64,000 nt of DNA from Albugo candida (Eukaryota), in the NCBI GenBank assembly GCA_040437565.1, contig JBDOQK010000004.1:124001-188000 (forward strand). Direction: 5' to 3'. Below the pieces are notes generated by a model. The model was not told the DNA's origin, did no database searches, and saw only the letters and a list, made by a program, of their open reading frames with translations. This document shows, in pieces, positions 34,770-47,975 of the stretch (positions are counted from its first letter, which is position 1; every line of letters begins with the position of its first letter). A program made the translations under genes and the position numbers.

Positions 34770-37556
34770 ACAAGCCATGCGTGCGGCTTGTACAGAGGGA
34801 TATGATGAACGGGGTAATATGAAGATAAATAGAGCACATACGAAAAGCTATAAATCTCGGAATGAAAGAATGAAAGCTGACCGCTACTAAATGATCTAAC
34901 TTCTCTTCCCTTACTTTATTGACCTACTGCCCACGTGACTTTGCACAACACATGCGGATATAAAAACGAAGTGCATGCGTTTAGTGCATCAGAATTGCCT
35001 GACCCACTACTGTATCACACGCTGTGGATGACAGTGATAAAACTACTTAACAACCGACGCTTTGAGAAATAGCGCTTGCTTCCTCACAATCGGTCGCAAA
35101 CACCATTCAAAGCGCTAATTCGATCTATTATATTGATTTCCTTCGATATGACCAAGCTTTAGGCTCGGGAACGGTATCCATGCTATCAATCTCTTTGTGA
35201 ATGGCTCGTTACGATAACTCAATACTCTATTATCCAGCTGATATGTCAGCCATCGCATCATATCAATAGAGAAGAAAAAGTTTGTGAATATCACGCTGCT
35301 TCTCAAGCCACTTGGAGAATTCATCAACTCACATCAAACCCTTACGCATGATCAGATCCCGTTGCATGATGAGCAGTAGTTTCATTAGTTAGTGTTCATG
35401 CGACTTCAATTACGTAGGTACTATGGATTTCAACCGCGTGATGGGCTACGGACTAGCGAGTCTGAGTCACAGCATCAACTACAAATATGGCGTGACGACT
35501 TACTTGATGACATTTACATCGGTATCAGTAAATCGTGAACAATCGTCCCCCGATACAAAGCACATCGGTCAAGTGCATGTGCCTTGTTAGCTGAATCATG
35601 TTATATCCCACTTCCTTCTCCAATGACCAAACAAATTGTTACAGTGATCCCATGTGTCGTGGTATTGAATCTGTCTCCATAAACGTTCAATTGGTCACTT
35701 TAACTTTGATTCTGATCCTTCGTGATCTCTTTATATTTGACGTCACGGGACCGCATCATTGTGACATGTAAACACACCACAGGAATGAAGATATGTTTTC
35801 TATGCTAGCTGATACTTTCTAAGAATTCTCTACTTTTTTCGTTTCTACAAATCGTCCACATGAGAATCACCATCCGATTAAGCATTAAAACTCAGTACTG
35901 ATGTCAGAAAGATGTGGTGTTGTTTATGTCCTTGATCGGGGATAGCCGCGAAGTACAACACGGTCGAAGACATGCGATATGTGTGCACGAAGTCGGAATT
36001 TTAAGATCAAACAAAGTTAGATCGGAGGTGTTGTCGCAGGTCAAAAGCTTGGCGCCCAACGATAAAGTTTCACGAAAATAGGAAGGCCAATTTTGAGAAA
36101 GTTAAGCAACAGGATTGCAGCAAAAAGCTTCTCGGCAAGCTCAATACTGAAAACTTCCAATCTGAAGAAGTGACAGAATTTAATAGCACACGCTAGCCTA
36201 CGTTAAGCAGATGAGCGGCTACCTGAGTACGGACACCAAGTCAAATGCAGATAGTAGCATGGTGGATTTGCAGCCTTTTGTTGGAAGTTTTCCTGGTGAT
36301 CACACAAATGATACGAAAAAGACAAACCAATTAATTATTTCTGTTTGTTATATCAACTGACGGTCACATGTTCGCTACTTCTGATCTCGACGACATCCGT
36401 GTGAAATGACTCCAATCACTGACATTTCTCTATCCCACAATTGTTGTCGCGCGATGACCGGCCAGACTACATCCAAGGTAGCGCGCCCAAGAATCAACTA
36501 TTCTCTTCAAACTATATGCTTGTCAGAGTAATTTTTCTCCATTTGCTAATATGTAATACGATATTCGAGTGTCGCAGTGTCTTTCTTCCATTTTTTTGAG
36601 AATCAGCTTGACAATGTATTGCGAATATATTTCTCAGCAACTCGAGTGCATTTGGAGTAGTATACAGCGCAAACGGAAGCAGAAAGGGGGCAAGCATATC
36701 GCGTGATGCCACTATAATAATAGTATACATATCTGCGCTCTTGCAGTCCCAAACTGCCTAACAATATCGCATTTTTTCCCGATCCAATTGGCTTGCACTG
36801 AAATAAATCTGTTCAACATGAGCGCCTCACGTTGAAAGCAGACATTTCGCGGCTTTTTGGAGATCGAGGGTGACGAGTGTGCTTTGGTGTACGCTCTGAT
36901 TGGACACGTGCGTGCAGGTCATGTCCACATCAAATGAAGTATAGCTATATAGGATTGAAGCATCTCAATGCAATACTCATGTAATCCGAAGTACCCATAA
37001 GATGCGTCCATTTGAGATTTGAAACTCGCAACAGACACAAAAGCTTTGAAAGAAGGCTCGGGTCAAGTAAACCAATTTTAGTAGGAGAGTATGCGGCTCG
37101 CTTGTTTCTGAGTGCTGGACATGAATTGTGGTACCGGTTAGACTGATATTTCCCTTAAGACATTCAGAACCAATGATCTTTTGCCAGTGATTTGTAAATG
37201 TAAATCAAAGTGGTGTTGTGCATGCGTTATCCTTCAAATCAAGCAAAAGATCGTGTCTCCATCCGCTTTTCAAACGCTGATACGTTATGTGTAGCTCTGC
37301 GTCAATCATCCTTTCAAGCAGCATAAGCACAAGCGACATGAGATGACTTATTGGTTCAAGACGACGGTATGGTACTCTACATATTTGCGCATCTTCTGCA
37401 TTTTGCGAGTCGGAGATTCTTGCTTAAATACATCGAATTCTTACGTGCTGCTTAAGTAGACACAAGCTGTAATCGAAGCGCTCACTTTCGTTTTCTTGTA
37501 TTTGCAACCAAATATACTTGCTCTATGCCGGTATAGGGCGCATTTAATGTGATGTA

Positions 37557-38416
37557 GTGGCAGTCTTCTACTTCGCTACCGATAGATTTCGCCATCTGAT
37601 CGCTTTGGAATTGAGCGTAAATGCGATTTCGGAGGTCATTTTTGACTGCATTCCTGGCGCCAAGTTTTATTTATACATATGGCTTTCCATTAGTATTTAT
37701 TTGCGGAAGGTTTTGTGGAAAAAGCAAGTCAATGACTAGGTGTTTAGATGTTCTGACCGTAAAGCTTTCGACATGCAAATGCAACACATGCTTCCTTGCG
37801 CGTTTCGGGCTATTCTCTGTCTGTAGATAGACACCGTTTTTACACAGTGAGCTGGGATTTTCTTTCACTTAAAAACACGGATTCTATACCCCTGTACGTT
37901 ATCGCCCTTCGCTTGACATCGAACTTATTCCAGACTNNNNNNNNNNNNNNNNNNNNNNNNNNNNNNNNNNNNNNNNNNNNNNNNNNNNNNNNNNNNNNNN
38001 NNNNNNNNNNNNNNNNNNNNNNNNNNNNNNNNNNNNGTGGCAGTCTTCTACTTCGCTACCGATAGATTTCGCCATCTGATCGCTTTGGAATTGAGCGTAA
38101 ATGCGATTTCGGAGGTCATTTTTGACTGCATTCCTGGCGCCAAGTTTTATTTATACATATGGCTTTCCATTAGTATTTATTTGCGGAAGGTTTTGTGGAA
38201 AAAGCAAGTCAATGACTAGGTGTTTAGATGTTCTGACCGTAAAGCTTTCGACATGCAAATGCAACACATGCTTCCTTGCGCGTTTCGGGCTATTCTCTGT
38301 CTGTAGATAGACACCGTTTTTACACAGTGAGCTGGGATTTTCTTTCACTTAAAAACACGGATTCTATACCCCTGTACGTTATCGCCCTTCGCTTGACATC
38401 GAACTTATTCCAGACT
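37557..38416. repeat. Apparently identical 380-bp duplication flanking the N gap (37557-37936 = 38037-38416); probable unmerged contig overlap
   Basis: Direct sequence comparison; identical ORF translations on both sides. Confidence 0.9.
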
Positions 38417-38435
38417 GCCGCTTCATGCATTGAGT

Positions 38436-41161
38436 ATGACGATAGTGCGCACTGTCAGTCTTTTATTGTCAATATGCATGCTTACAACGTGGGTTTCGAT
38501 CTCATTTGGAAAGCAAGCGCTCTTAGGAAATCTCTTGAATGGTGTGACAGACACTCTCGGGGACACCATTCACGACACTCCACCAGCAACATCGCCGCAG
38601 TCAACAGTCTCACCTTTCCCATCCGCGGCACCGTCACCAGGACCATCCCCACCGGATTTTCCACCAAATGTTGACCCACAACTTCCAGCACAACCACCGA
38701 CCTTGGCGCCTGGACAAGTACCAGGATTATTGTCACCAATTTTAGGTCCTGATCCACCTCCACCACCTGCAACACCCACACCAGAAGTTCCACCTCAATC
38801 AACCCCACCGAATGCTCCACCTTCGATACCTCCGCCTCCAACATCCCCACCGCCACTCATAAATTTGCCATCCATTGTTGGCCCAACACCCGCACCAGAA
38901 TTTCCACCTCAACCAACCCCACCGAATGCTCCACCTTCGATACCTCCGCCTCCAACATCCCCACCGCNNNNNNNNNNNNNNNNNNNNNNNNNNNNNNNNN
39001 NNNNNNNNNNNNNNNNNNNNNNNNNNNNNNNNNNNNNNNNNNNNNNNNNNNNNNNNNNNNNNNNNNNGAATTTCCACCTCAACCAACCCCGGCAGATGCT
39101 CCACCGTCGATATTTCCACCCGAAACATTCCCACCAGTGATTCCACCAACATCACCTCCAGAAGGACCTGGGTTAGTACCAGCAATATTGCCACCCATTG
39201 TCGGCCCATCACACACACCGGAAATTCCACCCCAACCAACCCCACCAGAACTTCCTCCTTCAATAGTTCCACCAATAGCAACTCCAGGGTATTCAGACAC
39301 CCCCACAATACCTGATGTTGTCCCAACACCTTCAACAGACTCACCACCAGTAACTCCACAAGTGCCTGACACTGTAGATAAAGCAAATACCGATGTAGTA
39401 CCAATGACTCCACCGCCGACGAAAGATCCCCCAGAAATTAATCCACCAATGCCATCAAGGCTTCCCGTAGTTGCCATTGAGAAGAGCACACCTCCTGCAG
39501 ATACAAAACCAGATCCGGCATCACCAGTTGTGAATCATCCTGATTCTCCCGATGTCATTCTTTATGGTAGTAAGGTGCCGAATGTTGTAGCACCAAAACC
39601 GAAAAACACGATTGATCCCTCTCCAAACAGTGCTGCTGAGCCTATTCCACAAGAAAATAACGTTTTGGACATTCAAAAAACCGAACTGGCACCACCGTCA
39701 AGCTCAGACGACATGCAGACTTATGTTCGAGGCAGAGCAAATTCAAAATCAGGTGACGGTAGTGCTGCAACAATTGTTGGAGGAAGAAACGGGTTTCCTC
39801 GTGGGAGCAATGACTCTAGAAGAAGGAGCAAAGCTGCACATGATCTTGTCAAGTATATCGCTTCGGCCTTTGCTGGAATCTCTGTAGCACTACTCCTTTT
39901 TTACCATTTCATATCTCTGGATCGCTCCCTGGTATGGCCAAGTATGTCATGGTCACCGAATGCATGGGAGTTTTTCTTTTATATCGGATATATTCAGCAG
40001 ATGAGTGCTATATCTCAGCTCACTTTACTGAAAGCACCTGACTATATACTAGACTACACTGACTCCTTCTCCTGGACCAATTTCTTGATACAGTATCCTT
40101 CAGATCTCAAGGAGAGCCCAGCGCGTCGATTGATGGTAATAGTCTTAGGCGGAATCGTCTCCTACGCTGATCGTATTGAAGTGGCAGAAGACAAAATCCT
40201 CTACCATGTCGTCGTAGGCTTTGTGGCGGTATTATCTATACTTTTGGTATTTTTTTTCGCATCGGTTCTCATCACCAGAAGGAAAACAAAAGTTGTTCTC
40301 ACAGAGACGAGAAATCTTCCAGCACAAAGTGTAAAAGTACAAAAGTATCGCAATATTTCTATTCGTACTCTCGGCTTATGCGTGCTTATTTGGTATTTTG
40401 CACTCTATCCATTGTCCATGTACGCCTCATTTGAAATTTCCATGGAGATTGCTGCAAATCAAGTATCAAACGCGTTGAGTGTCGCTATCACTGTGCTCGT
40501 GGTGGTTTGCTTTGGAGTATTGGCATACAGTGCTCGTGTCATTCTGCATCGATCTGAAAATGAATTGCGTCAATATGAAACACTCGCAACTTGGGGATGC
40601 TTGTATGCCGAGTATACGTACCGAAGTCGGATGTTTTTTATCATCAGTGCTGTGGTACAAATTGCTAGTGGAATGATTATTGGTGCGATGGAGTCAGAGT
40701 CCACTTCATTGATCTCAATCATCATTCTACATCTCCTCTATCTACTCGCGGTTTTCATCTTATCTCCATATGCTGACCCTCTCGTGATGAAAGTCACATA
40801 CGTGCTCGAATGTATGGCAATATTCAATTTCTGTTTGGCATTTGCGTTTATCCAGTCGAACAATATGTCGATGAATGGTCGTTTCGGTGTCGCTGATGCT
40901 TTCATTGCCATCAATACAATTGTGATCGTACTATGGTTTATTCGCCAACTCATTATATTTAGTAATTACATTAGGGTATGGATTGCCAAATCAGAACGGC
41001 AGCATGTAGACCAACATGAACAAGGCCAAGAGCGTGAGCGGCAGAAGTTTCCAGCAAGCACAATACCAACTGATTCGGATTTCGGCAACAGCACACGAGC
41101 AAATTATCAAGCACATATGCATACGTTGTCGCCACCGTCAGCATGGATGGCCACAAAGTGA
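38436..41161 (+). CDS. Signal peptide + long Pro-rich repetitive ectodomain + multi-pass membrane domain (TRP-like/Flc-Pkd2-type C-terminal TM region)
   Basis: MTIVRTVSLLLSICML signal; repeated PEFPPQPTPPNAPPSIPPPPTSPP units; about 10 hydrophobic segments with YIGYIQQMSAISQL, FSWTNF, WGCLYAEYTYRSRMFF, ILSPY. A gap interrupts the repeat region. Confidence 0.75.
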
Positions 41162-41888
41162 TATACCTGCAATGATGGATAGGCTGAACAAATAGGGAGG
41201 TTCCAATGGTCGCCGTATTCGGGTGGGCTTCGACAACTGTCGATTGGCATGCCGTCACATGCATTTGCATATGCATATAATAGTGTGAGTAGTGAATTGT
41301 AGAAGTAGCAAATGGCGTGTTTGTGAAGCTGCTAGGAAAAGTCGCTTAATTGTTTTTTGTGATAGAAATTTGCTTTATTTGTACTTTTATCGATGCAAAT
41401 AACAGTGGAAACAAATTGTATCTATCCGGCTATTAGATGCATAGTCTCCGCGCGAGTGAGAAAGTCGACATAAAAACTGTACGTGCGAAATATGAAAGAC
41501 ATTGGTACAAGACTAGTGCGAGCTTGAATCAATGTAATTATTGCATCGTAGCGTGCACCATCACGATTCTGAGCTATCGTGTTGTTATCACTCGTGCAGA
41601 TGTGCTTTGGGTCGAGGGTCCGAATGGCTATATATTTTAGGAGATAGCATGCAAATTTATTGAAATACACAGACTACCTATAGCGCGTTTAACATCTCCG
41701 AATTTCTTTAGCAGGTAACAGAGCATTGGTTCCCACGTCAATTATGAGGCAAACATGCTTTTCCCAGAATTTTCTATTCGTCCCAGCTCATCCTGATTGA
41801 TGTAATCAAGGAGAAATCTCAGCATATTCTTGTGATTCGAATCAAACGCTTAGCTTATTATCTAATTTGGATATTAAGGATCAGAGCA

Positions 41889-43267
41889 ATGGCTCTACGA
41901 CTGTTACAATTAGCATCTCTGCTTGCACTAATCCACTGTGGAACAGCACAGAATAATTCTTCAGTAATCCTGGATCAAGCCAAAGACAGGGATAATGACT
42001 TATCTGATGATAGTATGCAAACGAGTGAGTCTTTCAGAACGTTTTGAAAGAATCGCCTTCATGCTTGGGTATAGGGACAACGCAGCTTCCTGTAAATTCA
42101 CAAGAAATGGGCAAATTACTACAAATGATCTTGGCGATGCTTAAAGGTACCTGAAATCTCACCGACATGAAAAATCGTGGTCACTGGACTATACTGTCCA
42201 GATACGAATATGGTAATGGTCAACAAGCGGCCTGAAGAACGTACGTTTTTTACTGATTTTTTATTCATGCGCGCTTTCCTTATTTGCAAAGTGATAGCAA
42301 CAAGGGACTCAGGCGCGACGAATGCAAGTACGTGAATGAGATGAAAAGGCTCATTCAACATCTCATTTTATTTCGTAATGCTCAGCTGATTCATCCGAAC
42401 CGGCAGCAAAGTTGAAGGCATCTCAGATCGCCGCTATCCCAATTACCAAGGGTAAAATTCCTCGCAACAAGCTCGATTGTATTTTGAGCCTTATGCACCT
42501 CCTAGTGCTTCCATCTACGACGCTTCCAGTATCTCCCGTGAGCGATCAGTGTAATAGCAGCTGCAGTCTCTTATTGGCATATTGATTGTTCTTATCTCAT
42601 GCATCCTAGCATTTGATGCCGGAGAAACTCCTACGACAGCGAAAACGGGTACAATACGAAAGGTAGCAGACGATGTTGATCAAAAGGCCGATGCAATCAC
42701 GTATCAAAACAACGATACTGGTGCCCCAAAAGTGCCTCATCTTGCAAGTATGTACCTGCTCTCAAAGATCATTGTCACACATTCAATGGTCCATGACAGA
42801 AGCAGTTATTCAGCCTGCGAATACCGAACAAAATGCGTCTACACCAATCACTTCGCTGCATCAAAGTACGACGAAGCTTCTCTCTATCACATTGTATGCT
42901 TAGTTGATCATAATGTATAGATGAGCAACCAAGTGCCACATATGTCAACAATACAGGGAGTGGTAGTACCAATGGCTCTGAAGCAGAAATACCGGACACT
43001 GGATTCCAGAATGCTACCAACGCGAACAAAACCGATTCAGATTCGAGAGCTGGTTCGCAAACTGAGGTTGAGGAACAAAGCACGTCAGGCAGTGAAGTAT
43101 CCTCAGAATCAGCGGGAAGCGAAGATGAAGAAGAAGAAGACACGAGTAAAGAGGAATCGACAGATTCTTCCACCAAAATCGATGAAACATCTACCGCAAT
43201 GACCCTTCCATTATCAGCGATATTCTTGCCTGTTGAAGCAGTGATTGCAATCTTTATAGTCATCTAA
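41889..43267 (+). CDS. Secreted Ser/Thr/Glu-rich, probably GPI- or tail-anchored surface protein built from many short exons
   Basis: Signal MALRLLQLASLLALIHCGTA; multiple GT(A/G)..AG introns; last exon ...SESAGSEDEEEEDTSKEESTDSSTKIDETSTAMTLPLSAIFLPVEAVIAIFIVI* with a hydrophobic tail. Confidence 0.6.
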
Positions 43268-43331
43268 GTACTGCTTTTAGCGGCCGAAAACGGAGCAGGA
43301 TCTAAAACACGTTGATATGTTTTTATTTGTA

Positions 43332-43826
43332 TCAATCGTATTGTTGCCTCATGACCATCTCCGCGTCTGATTTCCAAGTGCGGAAATCACTTCCAATCCC
43401 TGACTGGCCTTTTAATCGCTGCTGCCTTACCTTATCCTTTACTTTTTTACTTCGCAGTTGTGAAGGACAATCTGAATCTTGTTTGACTTTGCGTTTATTA
43501 CATACTGCGATGTTACTCGGGTTTTTATGTATTGCATCAATTTGATCACGCGAAATCTCTATTTCGCCTTTTGGATCCGTTGTTGTATCAACAAATGACT
43601 GCAGTATATTTTTCTCCTCTGCAACTCGTCCAATTGCTGGTAGGTACGATGCTCGACTATATGATGTCTCCAAAAGCGCTTTAGCACCTACCATACTCGA
43701 TGTATCTGTGGTAGCTGGCGTTTCATGACGGACGGAATCGTCAGTAGCGTTCCGCTCAGCGAGTGATGATATAACTTCCTCGACGTCGCTGTCACTGTCG
43801 CTGCTACTTGACAGCAAAAACGACAT
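43332..43826 (-). CDS. Conserved-looking hypothetical protein (acidic Ser-rich N-terminus, basic C-terminal motif)
   Basis: Single 164-aa ORF. C-terminal KVRQQRLKGQSG...WKSDAEMVMRQQYD resembles a motif recalled from small uncharacterised eukaryotic proteins. Confidence 0.65.
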   Translation of the reverse strand: MSFLLSSSSDSDSDVEEVISSLAERNATDDSVRHETPATTDTSSMVGAKALLETSYSRASYLPAIGRVAEEKNILQSFVDTTTDPKGEIEISRDQIDAIHKNPSNIAVCNKRKVKQDSDCPSQLRSKKVKDKVRQQRLKGQSGIGSDFRTWKSDAEMVMRQQYD

Positions 43827-44049
43827 GTGGTAGTATAGTCTAAAAGCGGGTCAAGAATATCCTGGATATTGCGTATATCGTCTAATACTAGCCTCATAGA
43901 TCGATCGCTTATTCATTACGCATTATGTGCACTTGTTGATATTATTAGCCCATATTTCTGTGGACCTCAAGTAGTGCGAGTCTTCTGTCTGAAAAACGCA
44001 CTTGTAGTCGGCCGTCATACTCGCACGTCAATACCACCAAAACATTTTC

Positions 44050-45275
44050 TCAGCCATTAATGAACGCCTTCTCCCGACAACCCAATCGCTGTTGCATCGA
44101 AAAGACTTTTTTATCATCGTATATTCGTGCTGAAATTGAAAAGTCTGTCAATCTCGAGTTTGTGTCGGATAAAAGTACTCACAGTAAGAAAGTGACTTGT
44201 GGAAATGCCCCTGTAAGGTTTTGTACCGCACTTTTGCGCGGAGTGCTTTCCCATCTAATACGAGAACCGATGGTATCGTGTCTCGTATTCTGACGCGATA
44301 TTTGAGATCCAAGCTGAATGGATTACCCTGTCACTGGACATTTTACTCAGGATTGAAAGTGATCCATTGTATGCTTACCCTCAGTGCCAAATGGGTGAGC
44401 TGTTGACATAGAGATAACGGCCGCACGGCCCCAATGCTATTTTAAAGATCAGTGCGGTCTCCGTGCACAAGCAAATATATCACTTACGCTCGGATAAGAT
44501 TATCAGAAAGATCCAAACTCTGTAGTAATAAAAGGCTTTCCAGTCCTCTGGAACTTTTTATCCTTCAACTCAGAATGTGGTGAAGAAAAGATTTGGCGTA
44601 GTTGCTGCAATCTTACCGATTACCAGTCAAATTCACTTGGCGTAGATCGTGGCAATAAGCCAACATGCTCACATCTGTTAGGCGGTTGTAGCCAAGATTT
44701 AGCTCTTGTAGATGCGTCATTCGATGTATGCCTTGCAGGCTTGCGATCCGATTCAGGGAAATGTCGAGATTGATTAGGATGGCAGTCGGTAAGTGGGGTA
44801 TACTCTCCATATAGTTTCTTGAAACGTTCAGTTGTGCGATATACGGAGGTATGTGCGCATGGCCAATCTGTTGTATTGCTGTCAAGGAACGATTCTATAC
44901 ATATGAGTATCAGTAATGGTTGCAGTAAATGAAATCTGCAAGAAATGGAAACATCACAGAAAGGTCCAAGGTGATATCCTTTGTGGATTCGCTCGTTGCA
45001 TAGATATTTGTGTCCGTAATACCGGGCGTGACTTCATCCTTTGACGCATCGAAACGAATAGAAGGCTTATCGGTACGCTTCTTACGTTGCATCGTATTTT
45101 TAGCAGATCGAGCACGTGGTTTATATCGCTACTACAGGAATCAAAGTACATGTAAACTGCTTAGGGTCTCCTCTTAAACAAACACCAAGTCTCAATCAAC
45201 GGCTTGCATATGTATTCTCGAGTCCAAGCTTTGATCTCTCTAAATCCTATGCCTTTGTATTCCTCCTCGTAACAT
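44050..45275 (-). CDS. Leucine-rich repeat protein (SDS22-like LRRs with LRR cap), multi-exon; ends approximate
   Basis: LNVSRNYM, LDISLNRIASLQGI, LQELNLGYNRL, VNLTGNR, LDLSDNL and cap YRVRIRDTIPSVLVLDG. Confidence 0.7.
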
Positions 45276-45668
45276 GACTTCGGGATCTACTAACGCCACA
45301 AGCGCAAGACAATGAGTCGTGCCGGAGGCAGAACGTGTACTTGATCATCTTCGCATGCAACGGACTTGCGCTGTCACTATGCGGAGACACTCAGTGCTAC
45401 CAACTAATCAGGTGACATGTGTGATTTCTATCAGAAGTTATGAGCAAATTACAAACAGCACAATTTTGCACAGCAGAGAGCAAAGAAACGTGCGATGTAA
45501 TTCAAAAGCGCATGCTTTCGATGTAATACGCAAAAATCACATTTTATCACTTTGTCAGGCCTCGAGATGCGTACTCTGATTGTGTAACCGCTTCTACTCG
45601 CAGGGTATTTATTCTCTTCCACGCATGAGACAGTACTATACAATCCCATTTTAAGGGAGCATTGATCG

Positions 45669-47975
45669 ATGTTTGGAACTTGCGATGCGATTACACACAA
45701 AGGAACTCGATGCATTTCCGATGCAGCAGACGCGGCAGGAAAGTGTGATCATCATGCGCGGATTGCACGAGCTTTATCATTGGCCTCCGCAAAACTCAGA
45801 GTTTCTGAAAAGAAAGAATTTCTCGAAAAAAATGGTCCCAAACGAATCGATGAAACCATTCCAAATAAGCCATCATCACCTCCAAACGTTCCACACCAAT
45901 CAAATGTGGCTTATCAATGCGATTATGCAGTCGAAGCGTTTGAAACCCAACTGACGATCACGCAAGCAGAAGATGTGGTCACTAGTGTTGGATGCATTGA
46001 GTTTTACTTGCCGGAGAGTTCAGGATTACAATTTGTTCGAGGAACACTCTGGGTAACGACATTTCGCTTAAAGTTTGAGCCCGAAGAGACTTCTGTCAGA
46101 CTTCCTGGTAATTATCATTCTTTTCTGGATGAAGCTATCATTGGAATTCCGTGTGCTTGTGTTGCAAAGTTGTCCTATCCAACGACTGATGCGGTCAGAA
46201 CACATATGCATATAAAAGGAGTGTCGTCCACGCACTCGTTTACACCGTCACAGCTGATTATAAAGTTCAAAAATCTCAAGCAGTGGATTTTGGCCGGGAA
46301 TGTGCAAGCGCTGATGCTTGCAATCAATCGTGCCGCATACTTTGATTCTCCTTTGCGTTCGTTTGCGTTCAAAAGTTATATCAAAGAAGCAAGCGATCAT
46401 GAAAAGAAGGCTCACGAGCTGTATGACATATATACCGATTTCTGGCGCATGGGAGTCGATTTGAGTCGAGATTCTTTTTTACGTGTGACAACGATAAATC
46501 ACCAATATCAACTATGTCCGACATACCCGCAAGAACTTGTGGTTCCGGCTCCTGTGTCTGATGAAGACATTGGAATTGTTGCGAATTTTCGATCCAAAAG
46601 TAGAATTCCAATGTGCTCTTACATACATAAAACCAATGGAGCGTCTATTTGGCGATGTGCACAGCCCAAGCGTGGAATCTTCAATGCAAATAACGTATGT
46701 GACGAGCAATACTTATTCCATATATGTACAACAGCACAGAAAAGAGTGTGGATAGCAGACTGTCGTCCAGAGCTCAACGCTCGTGCAAATAACTTGACTG
46801 GAGGAGGTACAGAGTCGTCCAGCATATCACATATTACGATAGCGTTCTTGAATATCGCCAACATCCACTCTATGAGGGACAGCCTTGAACAAGTTTACCA
46901 GCTGGTCCACTCCACAAACAGCGAGCAAAGTCAAAGTTGGTGGGCCTGGGTTGAAGAAACAAAATGGTTACAGCACATTCGTCTAGTATTATCCGCGTCA
47001 CTTCGGGTTGCAGATACAGTGCAGAACCATCAAACTACGGTTCTGGTGCATTGTAGCGACGGCTGGGATCGGACCGGACAACTATGTGCTTTATCACAGA
47101 TCTTACTTGATGGCCACTATCGAACATTGCGTGGCTTTCTCGAGATTGTCGATAAAGAATGGATCCGTGCTGGCCATAAGTTTCATGACCGTGTTGGCCT
47201 GGGTATAAGCGCCAGCGAGGAGCAATCGCCCGTGTTTTTACAGTTTTTGGATTGTGTGTGGCAGTTATGGCAGCAATATCCTACTTGGTTCGAGTTCTCA
47301 CCACGAATTCTCGTCGATATGGCAGATGCTGTTTTCTCGGGTCAGTATGGTACATTTTTAGGCAACTGCGATAGAGAACGTAGGAACTGGAACATCACCG
47401 AACGGACCCCGTCACTCTGGGCTCATGCTCTGCAAAATGAAGCACACTATCTCAATTCATTTTATCGCAGTGCAAATTTTTGCGAGGTCTTATTACCGCC
47501 AAGCTCGAGTCTGTTGAGACAAGTCTCATTATGGATGGATTACTACTTTAGGAGCTCAACATTTCCAACGTTGGCTATAGCAAATATACATCCACCAAAG
47601 TGGAAAAAGTCATCTATGAGCGATATGAATGCTACGCACAATTCGACCTCCACAGATGATTTGCTGGATTCTATGACGTGCGCAAACCTGTATATTGAAG
47701 CTCTGGAAGAGAAAGTGAAAGCGCAGGAAGCTGAAATAGCTGTGCTCCAACACAAGCGACCATCATCTAATGTACTCGACATCAGTTCCAACACTACTCA
47801 GAAATTTGCATCATCGTTTCCGGAACGAGCGGTTGCGACTTTGCCTTCCAGCTCTAGCCTTTCCAGGACCGAGCTGAGTTTTGAAGATACCAAAAAAGAA
47901 TGGCGCTGCCAAATCTGCTGCAAATTGAATTCTGCGGGTAATCCGAGATGTAATGTGTGTGGCCAACCTTCGTGA
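45669..47975 (+). CDS. Myotubularin-related phosphoinositide 3-phosphatase with C-terminal coiled coil and RanBP2-type zinc finger
   Basis: PH-GRAM-like GTLWVTTFRLKF, YQLCPTYP, FRSKSRIP, IWRCAQP, NIHSMRDS, active site VLVHCSDGWDRT, EKEW-like DKEW, SPVFLQFLDCVWQL; C-terminal WRCQICCKLN...CNVC. Confidence 0.92.
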   Translation: MFGTCDAITHKGTRCISDAADAAGKCDHHARIARALSLASAKLRVSEKKEFLEKNGPKRIDETIPNKPSSPPNVPHQSNVAYQCDYAVEAFETQLTITQAEDVVTSVGCIEFYLPESSGLQFVRGTLWVTTFRLKFEPEETSVRLPGNYHSFLDEAIIGIPCACVAKLSYPTTDAVRTHMHIKGVSSTHSFTPSQLIIKFKNLKQWILAGNVQALMLAINRAAYFDSPLRSFAFKSYIKEASDHEKKAHELYDIYTDFWRMGVDLSRDSFLRVTTINHQYQLCPTYPQELVVPAPVSDEDIGIVANFRSKSRIPMCSYIHKTNGASIWRCAQPKRGIFNANNVCDEQYLFHICTTAQKRVWIADCRPELNARANNLTGGGTESSSISHITIAFLNIANIHSMRDSLEQVYQLVHSTNSEQSQSWWAWVEETKWLQHIRLVLSASLRVADTVQNHQTTVLVHCSDGWDRTGQLCALSQILLDGHYRTLRGFLEIVDKEWIRAGHKFHDRVGLGISASEEQSPVFLQFLDCVWQLWQQYPTWFEFSPRILVDMADAVFSGQYGTFLGNCDRERRNWNITERTPSLWAHALQNEAHYLNSFYRSANFCEVLLPPSSSLLRQVSLWMDYYFRSSTFPTLAIANIHPPKWKKSSMSDMNATHNSTSTDDLLDSMTCANLYIEALEEKVKAQEAEIAVLQHKRPSSNVLDISSNTTQKFASSFPERAVATLPSSSSLSRTELSFEDTKKEWRCQICCKLNSAGNPRCNVCGQPS

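Noticed and set aside
35361..35473. Possible C/D-box snoRNA (ATGATGA ... CTGA)
   Set aside because: No convincing terminal stem or recognisable rRNA guide; such motifs arise by chance.
34800..37550. Long region lacking genes
   Set aside because: No supported ORF, repeat or RNA structure was seen; treated as intergenic or regulatory DNA.
38482..39489. Gly/Trp/Val-rich antisense ORFs
   Set aside because: Shadow frames of the Pro-rich coding strand.
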